A DNA stretch of 64,000 nucleotides from Opitutia bacterium (GCA_947378845.1 CANCLQ010000001.1:63755-127754); one strand, 5' to 3'; positions 19,582 through 29,580 are shown, counted from the first letter of the stretch. Translations and numbers: made by a program. The notes: generated from the letters alone by a model not told the origin.

Positions 19582-21195
19582 ATGGCGACACAGCATTATG
19601 ATGCAATTATTGTCGGAAGTGGCATCGGGGGCCTGAGTTTTGCACTCAATTTGGCCAACCGGGGGCTATCTGTCGCTATTGTTACAAAAAAAACCAGTTC
19701 GGAATCGAACACTAATTGGGCGCAAGGTGGCATCGCATGTGTGACTGATGAGACGGACGACTTCTCGAGTCATATTAAAGACACACTCAGTGCGGGCGAC
19801 GGCTTGTGTGATATAAAATCCGTTGAACATATTATTAAAGGCGGACCCGCTCGCGTGGCCGAACTGATTCAATGGGGCGTACAATTTGAAAACGGTGCGA
19901 ATGGTAGACCAGATCTCGGGCGCGAAGGTGGACACTCTCAGCGCCGAATCCTCCATGCACGTGACATGACTGGTCGCGCAATTGAATCGGCATTGCTCAA
20001 GGCGGTTAGCCTACAATCTAAAGTTGAGACTCTCGAATACCATTTCGCGATCGACCTTATCACTCTGGCCAAAATCGGTAAGTGTTCAATCGGCTCACCT
20101 GATGATCGTGTCATTGGTCTGCATGTTTTAGACACTCGAGCCGGAAAAGTTAAAACCCTCTCCGCTTCAGTCGTCGTCTTGGCTACCGGCGGCATCGGTC
20201 AGGTTTATCAATTTACTACTAATCCTGATATCGCCACGGGTGATGGCATCGCGATGGCGTATCGTGCGGGTGCAGAGATCCGCGACATGGAAATGGTACA
20301 GTTCCATCCTACGGCACTCAAGGCTCCTGATGGTAGTCGCGCCCTTATTTCAGAGGCCGTACGCGGCGAGGGAGCTATTCTTCGCGATATCAATGGGCGT
20401 GCCTTCATGAAGGATTTTCATCCGATGGGTGATCTCGCTCCTCGTGATGTTGTGGCACGTGCCATCGATTCAGTAATGAAAAAAGAAGGATCGCCTCACG
20501 TGTTGCTCGATGCACGCGAAGTCGCGAAGGGTCACTTTGCAGAGAGGTTCCCGCATATCTATGCGACTTGTCTGAAGGCTGGTTTCGACCTAACCAAAGA
20601 GCCCATACCGGTTGTTCCAGCTGCACATTACCTTTGCGGCGGTGTTAAGACCGACCTCAAAGGACAAACCACCCTCAATCGTTTGTTCGCCGTCGGTGAA
20701 GTCGCCTGCACAGGTCTACATGGGGCCAACCGCCTTGCATCTAATTCTCTACTCGAAGCCGTCGTCTTAGCTCACGACGGTGCATTAGCCGCGATTGATG
20801 TGATAGAAAAAACCAAACCTGAAACTTATTCGCTTCCCGCTTGGATCGATGGTTCCGCAGGCAATCCAGATGAACGAGTCGTACTCACACACAATTGGGA
20901 TGAACTCCGCCGCACAATGTGGGACTACGTCGGAATTGTTCGTTCCACTAAGCGACTTAAGCGCGCGCAGACTCGCGTGGGAACCCTCAACGGTGAAATC
21001 GCCGAATACTATTGGAACTTCCGCGTCGAACCTCGCTTGTTGGAATTACGTAACTTAATTCAAGTTGCTGAACTCGTTATCCAGTGCGCCCTGCAACGCC
21101 ACGAAAGTCGCGGACTTCATTACACTCTGGATTTCCCTAATAAAGATTCGGAGGCAAAACACACCTCCACCCGCCGTCTGTCGATTAAGCCATGA
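19582..21195 (+). CDS. nadB: L-aspartate oxidase
   Basis: FAD dinucleotide motif (DAIIVGSGIGG), HYLCGGV and GANRLASNSLLE are present. Confidence 0.9.
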   Translation: MATQHYDAIIVGSGIGGLSFALNLANRGLSVAIVTKKTSSESNTNWAQGGIACVTDETDDFSSHIKDTLSAGDGLCDIKSVEHIIKGGPARVAELIQWGVQFENGANGRPDLGREGGHSQRRILHARDMTGRAIESALLKAVSLQSKVETLEYHFAIDLITLAKIGKCSIGSPDDRVIGLHVLDTRAGKVKTLSASVVVLATGGIGQVYQFTTNPDIATGDGIAMAYRAGAEIRDMEMVQFHPTALKAPDGSRALISEAVRGEGAILRDINGRAFMKDFHPMGDLAPRDVVARAIDSVMKKEGSPHVLLDAREVAKGHFAERFPHIYATCLKAGFDLTKEPIPVVPAAHYLCGGVKTDLKGQTTLNRLFAVGEVACTGLHGANRLASNSLLEAVVLAHDGALAAIDVIEKTKPETYSLPAWIDGSAGNPDERVVLTHNWDELRRTMWDYVGIVRSTKRLKRAQTRVGTLNGEIAEYYWNFRVEPRLLELRNLIQVAELVIQCALQRHESRGLHYTLDFPNKDSEAKHTSTRRLSIKP

Positions 21196-22118
21196 AAATT
21201 TGTGTAGTGGGGTCTGGAGCCGTGGGTGGCTGGTACGCTGGGCTCTTAGCTGAGGCGGGCCACGAAGTGCATTGTATCAGTCGCACTGATTTTACAGTTA
21301 TTAATGATCGAGGCTTAATCCTGAGAGACACCCAAGGTGAGCGAACGGTGAAAGTGGCATCGGCCCGACCCAGTGCCAATGATATCGGTCAATGCGACCT
21401 TGTTGTCGTCGCCGCAAAGACTACAGCCAATCCAAGTATTGAGCCGTTAATCAAACCACTCATTGGTGCCCAAACCATCCTTCTCACCTTGCAGAACGGG
21501 ATGGGCAATGTGGAAGTATTCACCGCTTTTATTCCGAGTAAACGTGTCGTAGCTGGACTGTGCTTCGTTTGTATTAATCGAACAGCGCCAGGCGTCATCA
21601 GTAACACCATGCGTGGGTATGTAAAAATGGCGGCAGCCGTAGGTGAATCTAATCCTGCCGTAGACTTATGCGTTAAAATTTTCCGCGATGCGGGCGTGGA
21701 GTGCGACAGTGAGCCCTCATTGAATTCGGTGCTCTGGAAAAAGTTATGTTGGAATATTCCATTCAACGGTCTCGCTATTGCGGCCGGTGGTATCACGACC
21801 GATCTGATCCTGAATAATCCGGAGCTTCTGCAGCGATCTCACAAGCTCATGGAGGAAGTCCGTGAAGCTGCGCGACTCTGTGGTGCACCTTTTTCTCAAA
21901 ATCACATCGACAAACAATTCGCAGTCACTGCTGGCATGGGCGCTTATCGTCCGTCTAGCCTCATTGATTACCTTGAAGGCCGCGATGTGGAGGTCGATGC
22001 GCTCTGGGGCATTCCTCACCAACGTGGCACTGCCGCTGGGGCAAAGATGCCCGAACTCAATAAGCTCAAAGACGAGATTCAGGCGAAGCTTTCAGCCCGA
22101 AATACTAAACGATCTTAA
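21192..22118 (+). CDS. panE: 2-dehydropantoate 2-reductase
   Basis: MKICVVGSGAVGG Rossmann motif and ApbA/PanE C-terminal domain. The ATGA start overlaps the nadB stop. Confidence 0.85.
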   Translation: MKICVVGSGAVGGWYAGLLAEAGHEVHCISRTDFTVINDRGLILRDTQGERTVKVASARPSANDIGQCDLVVVAAKTTANPSIEPLIKPLIGAQTILLTLQNGMGNVEVFTAFIPSKRVVAGLCFVCINRTAPGVISNTMRGYVKMAAAVGESNPAVDLCVKIFRDAGVECDSEPSLNSVLWKKLCWNIPFNGLAIAAGGITTDLILNNPELLQRSHKLMEEVREAARLCGAPFSQNHIDKQFAVTAGMGAYRPSSLIDYLEGRDVEVDALWGIPHQRGTAAGAKMPELNKLKDEIQAKLSARNTKRS

Positions 22119-22119
22119 T

Positions 22120-22578
22120 TTACTCCACCGCAGCGACAGCTGTAGGCATTCGTGAAAGAATAGATGCAACTTCAGCGTGGGCACGTGTCTGATTCCAAAA
22201 TGCGACTGGCACAGCTGGACCGGAATTACCCGAAAATATTCTTTGTCCCTGTTTATTAAAAAGGGTCATCGATAACGACATTGGATTGTCGGCTGAACTA
22301 CTGTTCGAGCTGGGGGCAACTTGCCAAGACATACGCAAAACTCCTTCAGCCGAATTCTTCGAACTAACCACAACGTATCCGTGACGAGTTAATTCAATTG
22401 CAGCAGATTCAAATGCTGTAGGCGTAATCATTTCCGCCGTCTGATTAGAAGTCTGATGTGACTTTTCGATGAAAACTCGCTTCACACTCGCGACTTTTGA
22501 ACGGCTGCCATTCGCACAACCGATGAGTGCAATGCCTAAGATGAGGCAACTGAGCCAAGCTCGGGGCACGAAAAGCAT
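22120..22578 (-). CDS. Hypothetical lipoprotein
   Basis: Signal peptide with the lipobox LIGC. No recognisable domain. Confidence 0.5.
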   Translation of the reverse strand: MLFVPRAWLSCLILGIALIGCANGSRSKVASVKRVFIEKSHQTSNQTAEMITPTAFESAAIELTRHGYVVVSSKNSAEGVLRMSWQVAPSSNSSSADNPMSLSMTLFNKQGQRIFSGNSGPAVPVAFWNQTRAHAEVASILSRMPTAVAAVE

Positions 22579-22724
22579 TCAAGTTTATTAGCCCACCCCA
22601 CCCCAACCTCAAGTCGGGAGATGGTGGTATCCAAAATATAACCAGCGTTTTTCACAGAAAATTGTGAATAAAACGAGTTTTAGTGGTGGTTTACATCCCT
22701 GGAAGAATAAAACCTAATCGCCGC

Positions 22725-23780
22725 ATGCCCGAGCTCAAAGCCATCACCCTGGACCTCGCTGGCACGTTGCTCTTCCCTTATCCTTCCGTTGGAGCCGTCT
22801 ACGCCAGCTGCGCCTTGCGTCATGATATTCGAGTCTCAGCGGAGATCCTGGAGAAGAATTTTCATAATGCTTACGCACACACACCTAAAAAACTTGCACC
22901 AGAAGTTTTCTGGAGGTCGGTGGTTTTAAGTACCTTTGGCGAAAAGCTTCCGGCCGAAAAGGCTGACGAAGTAGTCGCAGAGTGTTGGCGAGCATTCGGT
23001 GACGAAAAAGCATGGAAGGTCGCACCAGGAACGATCAGCGCCCTTACCGCTCTTCGTTTTCTGGGACTTAAAGTTGCAGTGTTATCCAACGCCGATTCCA
23101 GACTGCACAACGTTCTTAAAACTAAAAAGCTCAGTCAGTATTTTGACGCTATTTTTCTGTCATCTGAGATTGGTTTAACGAAGCCGGATGCCCGCTCGTA
23201 CAAACATTGTGCCGACTCATTAGGGGTCGCAGTCACCGCCCTTGCACATGCGGGCGATAACCCCGAAGAAGACGGGCAAGGTGCTATTTCTGCGGGTGCA
23301 GTCGGTATCATTGTGGGCGGACGCCACGCGCCCGAACATTGCCTACGTGCAGAAAAAATCAGCGACTTACCTTATGTGGTACGGGCCTACCTGACTGAAG
23401 GAAAACAGAAAGGCAAATTCTCGCGAAGCGTTCAAAACCTTTTAGCAAATTTACGTGGCGTGCCCGAAGATCGAGGTCGATCAACCACACGTAATACTCG
23501 CACTATCGATGATGCTTTATCTGAAGTTTTTCAGAAATTCCGCTTCGACCGTATCACGCCTGAAGACACGCTTGTCGCTCAATGGCACACCCTGCTCCCT
23601 TTAAAACTAGCCAGACGTTGCGCCCCGCAAAAAGTGCATGATGACGGCAAACTTATAGTTCAGTGCGAAAGTAGTATCGTGAAGACCGAAGTCCAATTTC
23701 ACGCCAAGGCCATGCTGGCGAAAATTAAATTACTACCCGGCTGCCAAAGCGTACGTCAGATTCAACTCGTCTCCGCCTAA
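22725..23780 (+). CDS. HAD-superfamily hydrolase fused to a C-terminal DUF721/DciA-type domain
   Basis: HAD motifs are present: I (LDLAGTL), II (VLSNA), III (TKPD) and IV (GDNPEEDGQGA). The C-terminal ~120 aa match the DUF721 pattern (W..LLP..LARRC.P.K...GKLIVQCESS....E.QF....L.KI......V..IQL). I chose the ATG at 22725 over the ORF-track start at 22683. Confidence 0.65.
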   Translation: MPELKAITLDLAGTLLFPYPSVGAVYASCALRHDIRVSAEILEKNFHNAYAHTPKKLAPEVFWRSVVLSTFGEKLPAEKADEVVAECWRAFGDEKAWKVAPGTISALTALRFLGLKVAVLSNADSRLHNVLKTKKLSQYFDAIFLSSEIGLTKPDARSYKHCADSLGVAVTALAHAGDNPEEDGQGAISAGAVGIIVGGRHAPEHCLRAEKISDLPYVVRAYLTEGKQKGKFSRSVQNLLANLRGVPEDRGRSTTRNTRTIDDALSEVFQKFRFDRITPEDTLVAQWHTLLPLKLARRCAPQKVHDDGKLIVQCESSIVKTEVQFHAKAMLAKIKLLPGCQSVRQIQLVSA

Positions 23781-24172
23781 GCCTTCAACTGCGGCTCAAA
23801 GGGCTTCAAGAAGGCCTCTTTGAAATCAATCACGTTTTCAAAATCTTCTAACGTATCATCGTCTGATCGTCCGAACATTCCAGTCTCGATGATATTAAAT
23901 ACGATGTGACCAACATCGACGGACTTTTTAATGCCCCAGTTGTGCAGGAGCGTATACGACATCGGCCCGTAGGTTTCGATGACATGCTGTCGAAATCCTT
24001 CAATCAACTGCGGCCCAGTCACATGGCGATTCACCTGAATTTTACTTTTCTTTATTTCACCGTGAACGTTTTTCTGAGCCACATCTAAAGATAATCGCAC
24101 CAACTGGTATGCCTGTGGTGTGTACCGTTTGTCTTTTTGACAAAGCTGACGAATGGCTTCTTCGAAATCCAT
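23777..24172 (-). CDS. Minf_1886-family protein (Planctomycetes/Verrucomicrobia-specific conserved hypothetical)
   Basis: 131-aa protein with the recalled family pattern RYTPQAY.LV...L......HV.G..L..G.R......YGP.....L..WGI....D.G.IVFN.IE.G... Confidence 0.6.
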   Translation of the reverse strand: MDFEEAIRQLCQKDKRYTPQAYQLVRLSLDVAQKNVHGEIKKSKIQVNRHVTGPQLIEGFRQHVIETYGPMSYTLLHNWGIKKSVDVGHIVFNIIETGMFGRSDDDTLEDFENVIDFKEAFLKPFEPQLKA

Positions 24173-25263
24173 TACTTGAGTCGGGTTAATTCAGTTAAGA
24201 GTCGTGCATTCTGCGACTCCGTACCAACTGTGAGTCGAAGCCACCCCGTCATACCGTAACCGCGCAATGGGCGAACAATGATGCCGACTTTTTGAAGAGC
24301 GGTAAACTTTACTTCCGCATCAGGAATTTGTGCTGCGAGAAAATTGGCCTTACCATCAATGTATTTGTAGCCTAAAGCGTTGAGACCATCTTTCAGTTGA
24401 AGGATGCCAGCTGCATTGACGGCCTTAGAGCGCTGAAGGAAGGCTTGGTCGTCTAACGCTGCTTCAGCGGCTGCTAAGGCAGGCAAGTTTACATTGAAGG
24501 GCTGTCGTACTCGATTCAACAGACCACAAATCTCTGCCGATCCCATCAAATAGCCGACGCGTAAACCTGCTAAACCGTAAGCCTTCGAGAAGGTGCGTGT
24601 TACCACAACTTTGCGACCGGATTTAATCAGCGCACGCATGTCGGCCGAGCTATCCAAGTATTCGGTGTAAGCTTCGTCTAAGCAGAAAATAACATGGTCG
24701 GGCAACGACTGTGCCAGAGCTAAAATATCTTCGGGCTTATCCGTTCCGCCCGTAGGATTATTGGGGCTAGCTAAGAATACAATACGTGTACGGTCTGTCA
24801 CCGCCGCCCTCATTGCTTTTAAGTCATGACAGTAATTAGGCATCGGAACTTCCACCGGCGTGGCTCCCTGCATCAAGGTGGCTAACTTGTAGACTACAAA
24901 TGCTTGAGCTCCGAATACTACTTCATCGCCTGGTCGAAGAAAAGTTTGAGCGAGCAAAATCATCACCTCATTGGAACCATTACCAACGACAAATTGATTA
25001 GGCTCCATTGACCAAACTTTGGCCAACTTCTCTCTTAAGAAAGTACTACCACCGTCAGGGTAAAGGTGACAATTGGCTAAAGCCTTCTGTGCGGCAGCCA
25101 AACCTAGTGGAGACGGCCCCAAAGGATTTTCGTTAGAAGCAAGTTTGATCACCGATTGCGCATCCAACCCAAATTCACGTGCAACAACCTCGATCGGGCG
25201 ACCTGCTTCATAAACAGGTTGCGACAACACAGGTCGATTAGCCATTTCCGAGTAGGTGGGCAT
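24172..25263 (-). CDS. hisC: Histidinol-phosphate aminotransferase
   Basis: LASNENPLGPSP, the PLP-lysine motif TFSKAYGLAGLRVGY and NPNNPTG are present. I chose the start at MPTYSEM rather than the upstream ORF-track start at 25335. Confidence 0.9.
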   Translation of the reverse strand: MPTYSEMANRPVLSQPVYEAGRPIEVVAREFGLDAQSVIKLASNENPLGPSPLGLAAAQKALANCHLYPDGGSTFLREKLAKVWSMEPNQFVVGNGSNEVMILLAQTFLRPGDEVVFGAQAFVVYKLATLMQGATPVEVPMPNYCHDLKAMRAAVTDRTRIVFLASPNNPTGGTDKPEDILALAQSLPDHVIFCLDEAYTEYLDSSADMRALIKSGRKVVVTRTFSKAYGLAGLRVGYLMGSAEICGLLNRVRQPFNVNLPALAAAEAALDDQAFLQRSKAVNAAGILQLKDGLNALGYKYIDGKANFLAAQIPDAEVKFTALQKVGIIVRPLRGYGMTGWLRLTVGTESQNARLLTELTRLK

Positions 25264-25356
25264 AAAATTAATATCAAGGATAGTTTTCTCTCTTTGGCAA
25301 GCGTGGCTGACACCTCCCCGCTTGCCTATTACCATAAATTCAGTGTGTAATTTCTA

Positions 25357-26322
25357 ATGCGTATCATCGTCACAGGGGCGACTGGTTTTGCCGGCAGTGA
25401 GGTCGTGCGTGCGGCCCTACGCCGCGGGCACGATGTCTTGGCCGTGGGCGGCAAGAATGTCCCACGTGCTCCTGACCTTAAACGCGTGGTGAATCTCGAT
25501 CTCACCGATCGAGCCAAAATCGAAGCACTAATCTTAGAAGAATTCCCCCAAGCGGTCATCAATTGCGCAGCGCTTGCTACGATTGAGGCGTGCGACCTAG
25601 ACCCCAAGCTCGCCACGAAACTTAACAGCGAACTTCCAGCCCAACTAGCACAACTCTGTTTCCATGTCGGCGGAAAATTAATTCACCTTTCAACGGATAT
25701 GGTTTTCGACGGCGAACGTGGAAACTATGCAAACACCGATCAACCTAAGCCACTTCACCATTACGGAAAAACTAAGGCGATTGGCGAAGTCGACACCTTG
25801 AAGTACGGACGTGAACACGCAGCGATTATTCGTACTTCATTACTCAATGGTAATTCACCATCTGGCGAACGTGGTATTCATGAACGACTCATGCGTGATT
25901 GGTCTGCCGGCAAAGTCTCCTCGCTTTACACTGATGAAACTCGTCAGCCTGTTTCCGTTAGTAACTTAGCCGATGTTGCCGTCGAACTTTGTGAGCGCCC
26001 TAATCTTTCAGGCGTCTATCACTGGGCCGGTTTAGCGCCCATGAGTCGATTTGATGTCGGACAAGCCATCGCTGCGCATTTTGGTCTCGATGCAGAAAAG
26101 TACATCAAAAGCGGAAAACGCACCGACCACCCGCAACACTCTCAACGTGCCAGAGATTTGAGCCTACAGCTTCACCCTCTTGCAGGTAAATTGCGTACAC
26201 CTGCACAACCATTTGTCGACCAACTCGGCGAATTGCGTGTGCCCAGGGGGCTTGAGGCCTGGTACGAGAAGGAAACTGGTCGAAAGGTCGTGCGTCTGCT
26301 CGAAAAGGGCGTAGACTTCTAA
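25357..26322 (+). CDS. RmlD-like SDR (dTDP-4-dehydrorhamnose reductase family) NAD(P)-dependent oxidoreductase
   Basis: MRIIVTGATGFAGS Rossmann motif and YGKTK catalytic YxxxK. The layout matches an RmlD substrate-binding domain, with a C-terminal extension. Confidence 0.7.
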   Translation: MRIIVTGATGFAGSEVVRAALRRGHDVLAVGGKNVPRAPDLKRVVNLDLTDRAKIEALILEEFPQAVINCAALATIEACDLDPKLATKLNSELPAQLAQLCFHVGGKLIHLSTDMVFDGERGNYANTDQPKPLHHYGKTKAIGEVDTLKYGREHAAIIRTSLLNGNSPSGERGIHERLMRDWSAGKVSSLYTDETRQPVSVSNLADVAVELCERPNLSGVYHWAGLAPMSRFDVGQAIAAHFGLDAEKYIKSGKRTDHPQHSQRARDLSLQLHPLAGKLRTPAQPFVDQLGELRVPRGLEAWYEKETGRKVVRLLEKGVDF

Positions 26323-26323
26323 T

Positions 26324-27019
26324 ATGGACGTCTTACCCCGAGAGTCTTGCACCGCTGTCGCCAATATGGCGAATAACTGTTTGCTGCTTGAGCACTACCC
26401 TCATCCAGAGCGCATTCGATATCGTCCATTCGCTTGGTCAGAGTTGGCATATACTTTTGGTGTTTCCCAAAAATGGGCGACCTACCGACAAGTAGTCGCA
26501 CATCATGTGCCTTTGGTTCGCCGTTGTACGGGCGGTGGACTTGTCTCGCACCTTGAGGATTGGACTTTCGCCATCGTGATTCCCGCTCACCACGATTTAT
26601 TTAAAGCTGATGCCAACGAGGCCTATGCGGTCATTCACAAAGCTTTACTTGAATGTTTGCTCGGTCAAAAACTGGCTGTCGAACTCGTACTCCATCCGCA
26701 GTCGCCACGTCCCTTTAAGGCACCCGATCAATGTGAAACCAATGCTGAGCCACATGATTTAGTTCTTAAATCCGATGGCAGAAAAGTAGCAGGTGCAGCG
26801 CAGCGTCGAACTAAACATGGACTCCTTCTTGAAGGTTATATTTCACGTCCACTTCTGGCGGGCTGTAATTGGAATAAATTCGAAGAAGATTTCCCTAAGG
26901 CTTTAGGCAAGGCACTCAATAGTCCGCCTGTTGCCGTAGCCTCCCCTATTTACGATCAATCCGACCACGAAGGCATGTGGGCGAAGTTTAATTCCACAGC
27001 CTGGAATCAAAGGATTTAA
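26324..27019 (+). CDS. Biotin/lipoate A/B protein ligase-family protein (catalytic domain only)
   Basis: RRCTGGGLVSH and the conserved lysine segment KVAGAAQRRTKHGLLLEG are typical of the BPL_LplA_LipB fold. Confidence 0.7.
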   Translation: MDVLPRESCTAVANMANNCLLLEHYPHPERIRYRPFAWSELAYTFGVSQKWATYRQVVAHHVPLVRRCTGGGLVSHLEDWTFAIVIPAHHDLFKADANEAYAVIHKALLECLLGQKLAVELVLHPQSPRPFKAPDQCETNAEPHDLVLKSDGRKVAGAAQRRTKHGLLLEGYISRPLLAGCNWNKFEEDFPKALGKALNSPPVAVASPIYDQSDHEGMWAKFNSTAWNQRI

Positions 27020-29580
27020 CTAAAGAGATCCAACTGAGGTCCAGCGCCTTCCTTGGTTTCTTTAACTGGTTTCGCTTTGGCAACTGGAGGCGTGGGTTTC
27101 TTTTCAATCTTCGATAGATCCGCGATGGGTACTATATCATTCACGGGCAGGCGACCTGCATCCTCTAGTCCAAGTAAAATTTCTCGAGCACGCTTCACTA
27201 CTGATGGAGGCATGCCAGCGAGACGTGCAACTTGGATACCATAAGAACGATCAGCGGCTCCGGGCACGACTTGTCGCACGAAAACAATTTCATCCTGCCA
27301 CTCTTTAACGGCAACTGACCAGTTGCGCAGTCGTTTCAACTCACCAGCGAGTTTAGTTAATTCGTGATAGTGTGTTGCAAAAAGTGTTCTTGGTCCCGCC
27401 TCACTTGTGCCGTGCAAGTATTCAGCGACAGCCCAGGCGATGCTGATTCCGTCGTACGTACTGGTCCCGCGTCCGATTTCATCGAGCACCACCAGCGAAC
27501 GCTCGGTCGCATTATTTAAAATATTAGCCGTCTCGTTCATTTCGACCATGAAGGTCGAATTGCCACGCGCCAATTCATCGGAGGCGCCAACCCGACAGAA
27601 AATACGATCAATCAATCCAATCCGTGCCGACTGCGCTGGCACCCAACAACCTAGGTGTGCCATCAAGGCAATGAGTGCCACCTGACGAATGTAAGTTGAT
27701 TTACCCGCCATGTTAGGGCCCGTTATTAAAGCGATTTGCTCACCCTTACTACTAAGGTTGGTGTCGTTAGGAACGAATGACCCTGCCCCAGTTCGATTGT
27801 GGAGCATACGCTCTACAACGGGGTGGCGACCTTGGATGATTTCTAATTTGTCTGAATCATCGACGACCGGACAAACCCACTTATTGCCGCGTGCCAATTC
27901 AGCCCAGCCACGCATGATGTCGATCTCAGCAAGAGCTTGTGCGGTAGATAATATAGATTCCGTCCGTTGAATTACATTCGTGAGTAAGACCTGAAATAAT
28001 TCCATTTCACGTGCGAGCGATAATTCATCGGCACGCAAGACCTCCCTCTCCTTAACGCGAAGCTCCTCGGTGGTAAAGCGTTCCGCATTCACCATCGTTT
28101 GCTTCCGAATATAGTCAGCAGGAACCTGCGCGAGGTTCGACTTAGTCACCTCAATCGCATAACCAAATGCGCCATTGTATCTTACTTTTAAATTTTTAAT
28201 TCCGGTTCGTTGCTGCTCTCGACTCTCGAAATCAAGAATCCATTGCTTGCTGTCAGTCGCCAATGATCGAAGAAGATCCAGTTCTGAATCGTAACCCAGT
28301 CGCAGCGCACCACCCGCCGATAAGTCTACAGGTAATTCGTCCGCCAATGCTTGGGTTAGTAACTGGCGTAGTTCAGTTTCTACATTAATACGTTCAGCAT
28401 AGTTCTTCAGCGTCGCATCTTGAAGGCCGATCAGTTCTTCACGCAGTAACGGAAGTAATTTGAGTGTGTCACGTATCCCGCCGAGTTCACGTGGATTTCG
28501 TAGTCGATTCTGCAATCGAGCCAAAATACGAGGCAAGTCACTCATCCCATTAAGTGATTCGCCTAAACGCGATGAGGCGGCAGAGTGTTTAAGGAAACAG
28601 CCAACTACCAATTGTCGGTCTTTAATGGTTTTTAAATCAGTGGAAGGTTCAGCCAGCCACATTGCTAGCAGGCGTGCACCGCCTGGCGTACAAGTTGCGT
28701 CAATCGTTTCGAGTAATGAAGTTTCACGTCCGCCCTGTGCGGATGCAAACAACTCAAGGTTTTTGGCTGAAGCTGCATCCAGCAAAACGGAAGCGCCGAG
28801 TTTTACTTCAGCGATACGGAAAAGGTTTTTTGGGCGCTCGCAAAGTGAGTCTGTAACGTAACCTAAGACCGCTCCTGCTGCACCGAGTGCGGGCTGAGTA
28901 TCTTTAAGCCCAAAACCTGCTAAGCTATGCACCGAGAGAACTTGAGCTACTAGCCGTGCACCTCCGCTCACATCGAAATTCCATCCTGGCAAACGCGACA
29001 CTGCTCTTCCTTCGAGAAAGGCTTCAAGCGACTGACGTTGTTCATCGGGCGCCTCTAATTCCTCGGGCAGTAAAACTTCTCTAGGATTAATTGCATACAT
29101 CAACGGGAAGAGGTTTTGCGATGTCACGTCGGTCGACAATCGGAAGTCGGCCGTCGAAACATCAATCCACGACGCATGCCAACCCGACTTATCCCAGTAG
29201 AGTGCCAATAAGTAATTCCCGCGGCGTGAATCTAGTTGGGAGTCCTCGATGGCGGTTCCGGGTGTGAGAATCCGAGTGATACCTCGGCGAACTAATTTGC
29301 CAGTCGTGGGCGCCTCAAGCTGATCACAGATGGCCACCTTCCAGCCCGCAGTTAGCAATCGGTTAACGTATCCTGGTGCTGCGTGGTAAGGCAGACCTGC
29401 CATCGGTGTTTCATGGCGCTTGGTGAGCGTCAGGCCCAAAACTTTGGAAGCGACTACTGCATCTTCGCCAAAGACTTCATAAAAATCACCTAGCCGAAAT
29501 AATAACAAAGTACCCGGTGCGAGTTTTTCCCGCATCTCGCGGTACTGACGCTGCATAGGGGTTTCTTTTTCCACCCACAT
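27016..29580 (-). CDS. mutS: DNA mismatch repair protein MutS
   Basis: N-terminal TPMQRQY mismatch-binding region, Walker A GPNMAGKST and a C-terminal HTH region are present. Confidence 0.95.
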   Translation of the reverse strand: MWVEKETPMQRQYREMREKLAPGTLLLFRLGDFYEVFGEDAVVASKVLGLTLTKRHETPMAGLPYHAAPGYVNRLLTAGWKVAICDQLEAPTTGKLVRRGITRILTPGTAIEDSQLDSRRGNYLLALYWDKSGWHASWIDVSTADFRLSTDVTSQNLFPLMYAINPREVLLPEELEAPDEQRQSLEAFLEGRAVSRLPGWNFDVSGGARLVAQVLSVHSLAGFGLKDTQPALGAAGAVLGYVTDSLCERPKNLFRIAEVKLGASVLLDAASAKNLELFASAQGGRETSLLETIDATCTPGGARLLAMWLAEPSTDLKTIKDRQLVVGCFLKHSAASSRLGESLNGMSDLPRILARLQNRLRNPRELGGIRDTLKLLPLLREELIGLQDATLKNYAERINVETELRQLLTQALADELPVDLSAGGALRLGYDSELDLLRSLATDSKQWILDFESREQQRTGIKNLKVRYNGAFGYAIEVTKSNLAQVPADYIRKQTMVNAERFTTEELRVKEREVLRADELSLAREMELFQVLLTNVIQRTESILSTAQALAEIDIMRGWAELARGNKWVCPVVDDSDKLEIIQGRHPVVERMLHNRTGAGSFVPNDTNLSSKGEQIALITGPNMAGKSTYIRQVALIALMAHLGCWVPAQSARIGLIDRIFCRVGASDELARGNSTFMVEMNETANILNNATERSLVVLDEIGRGTSTYDGISIAWAVAEYLHGTSEAGPRTLFATHYHELTKLAGELKRLRNWSVAVKEWQDEIVFVRQVVPGAADRSYGIQVARLAGMPPSVVKRAREILLGLEDAGRLPVNDIVPIADLSKIEKKPTPPVAKAKPVKETKEGAGPQLDLFS

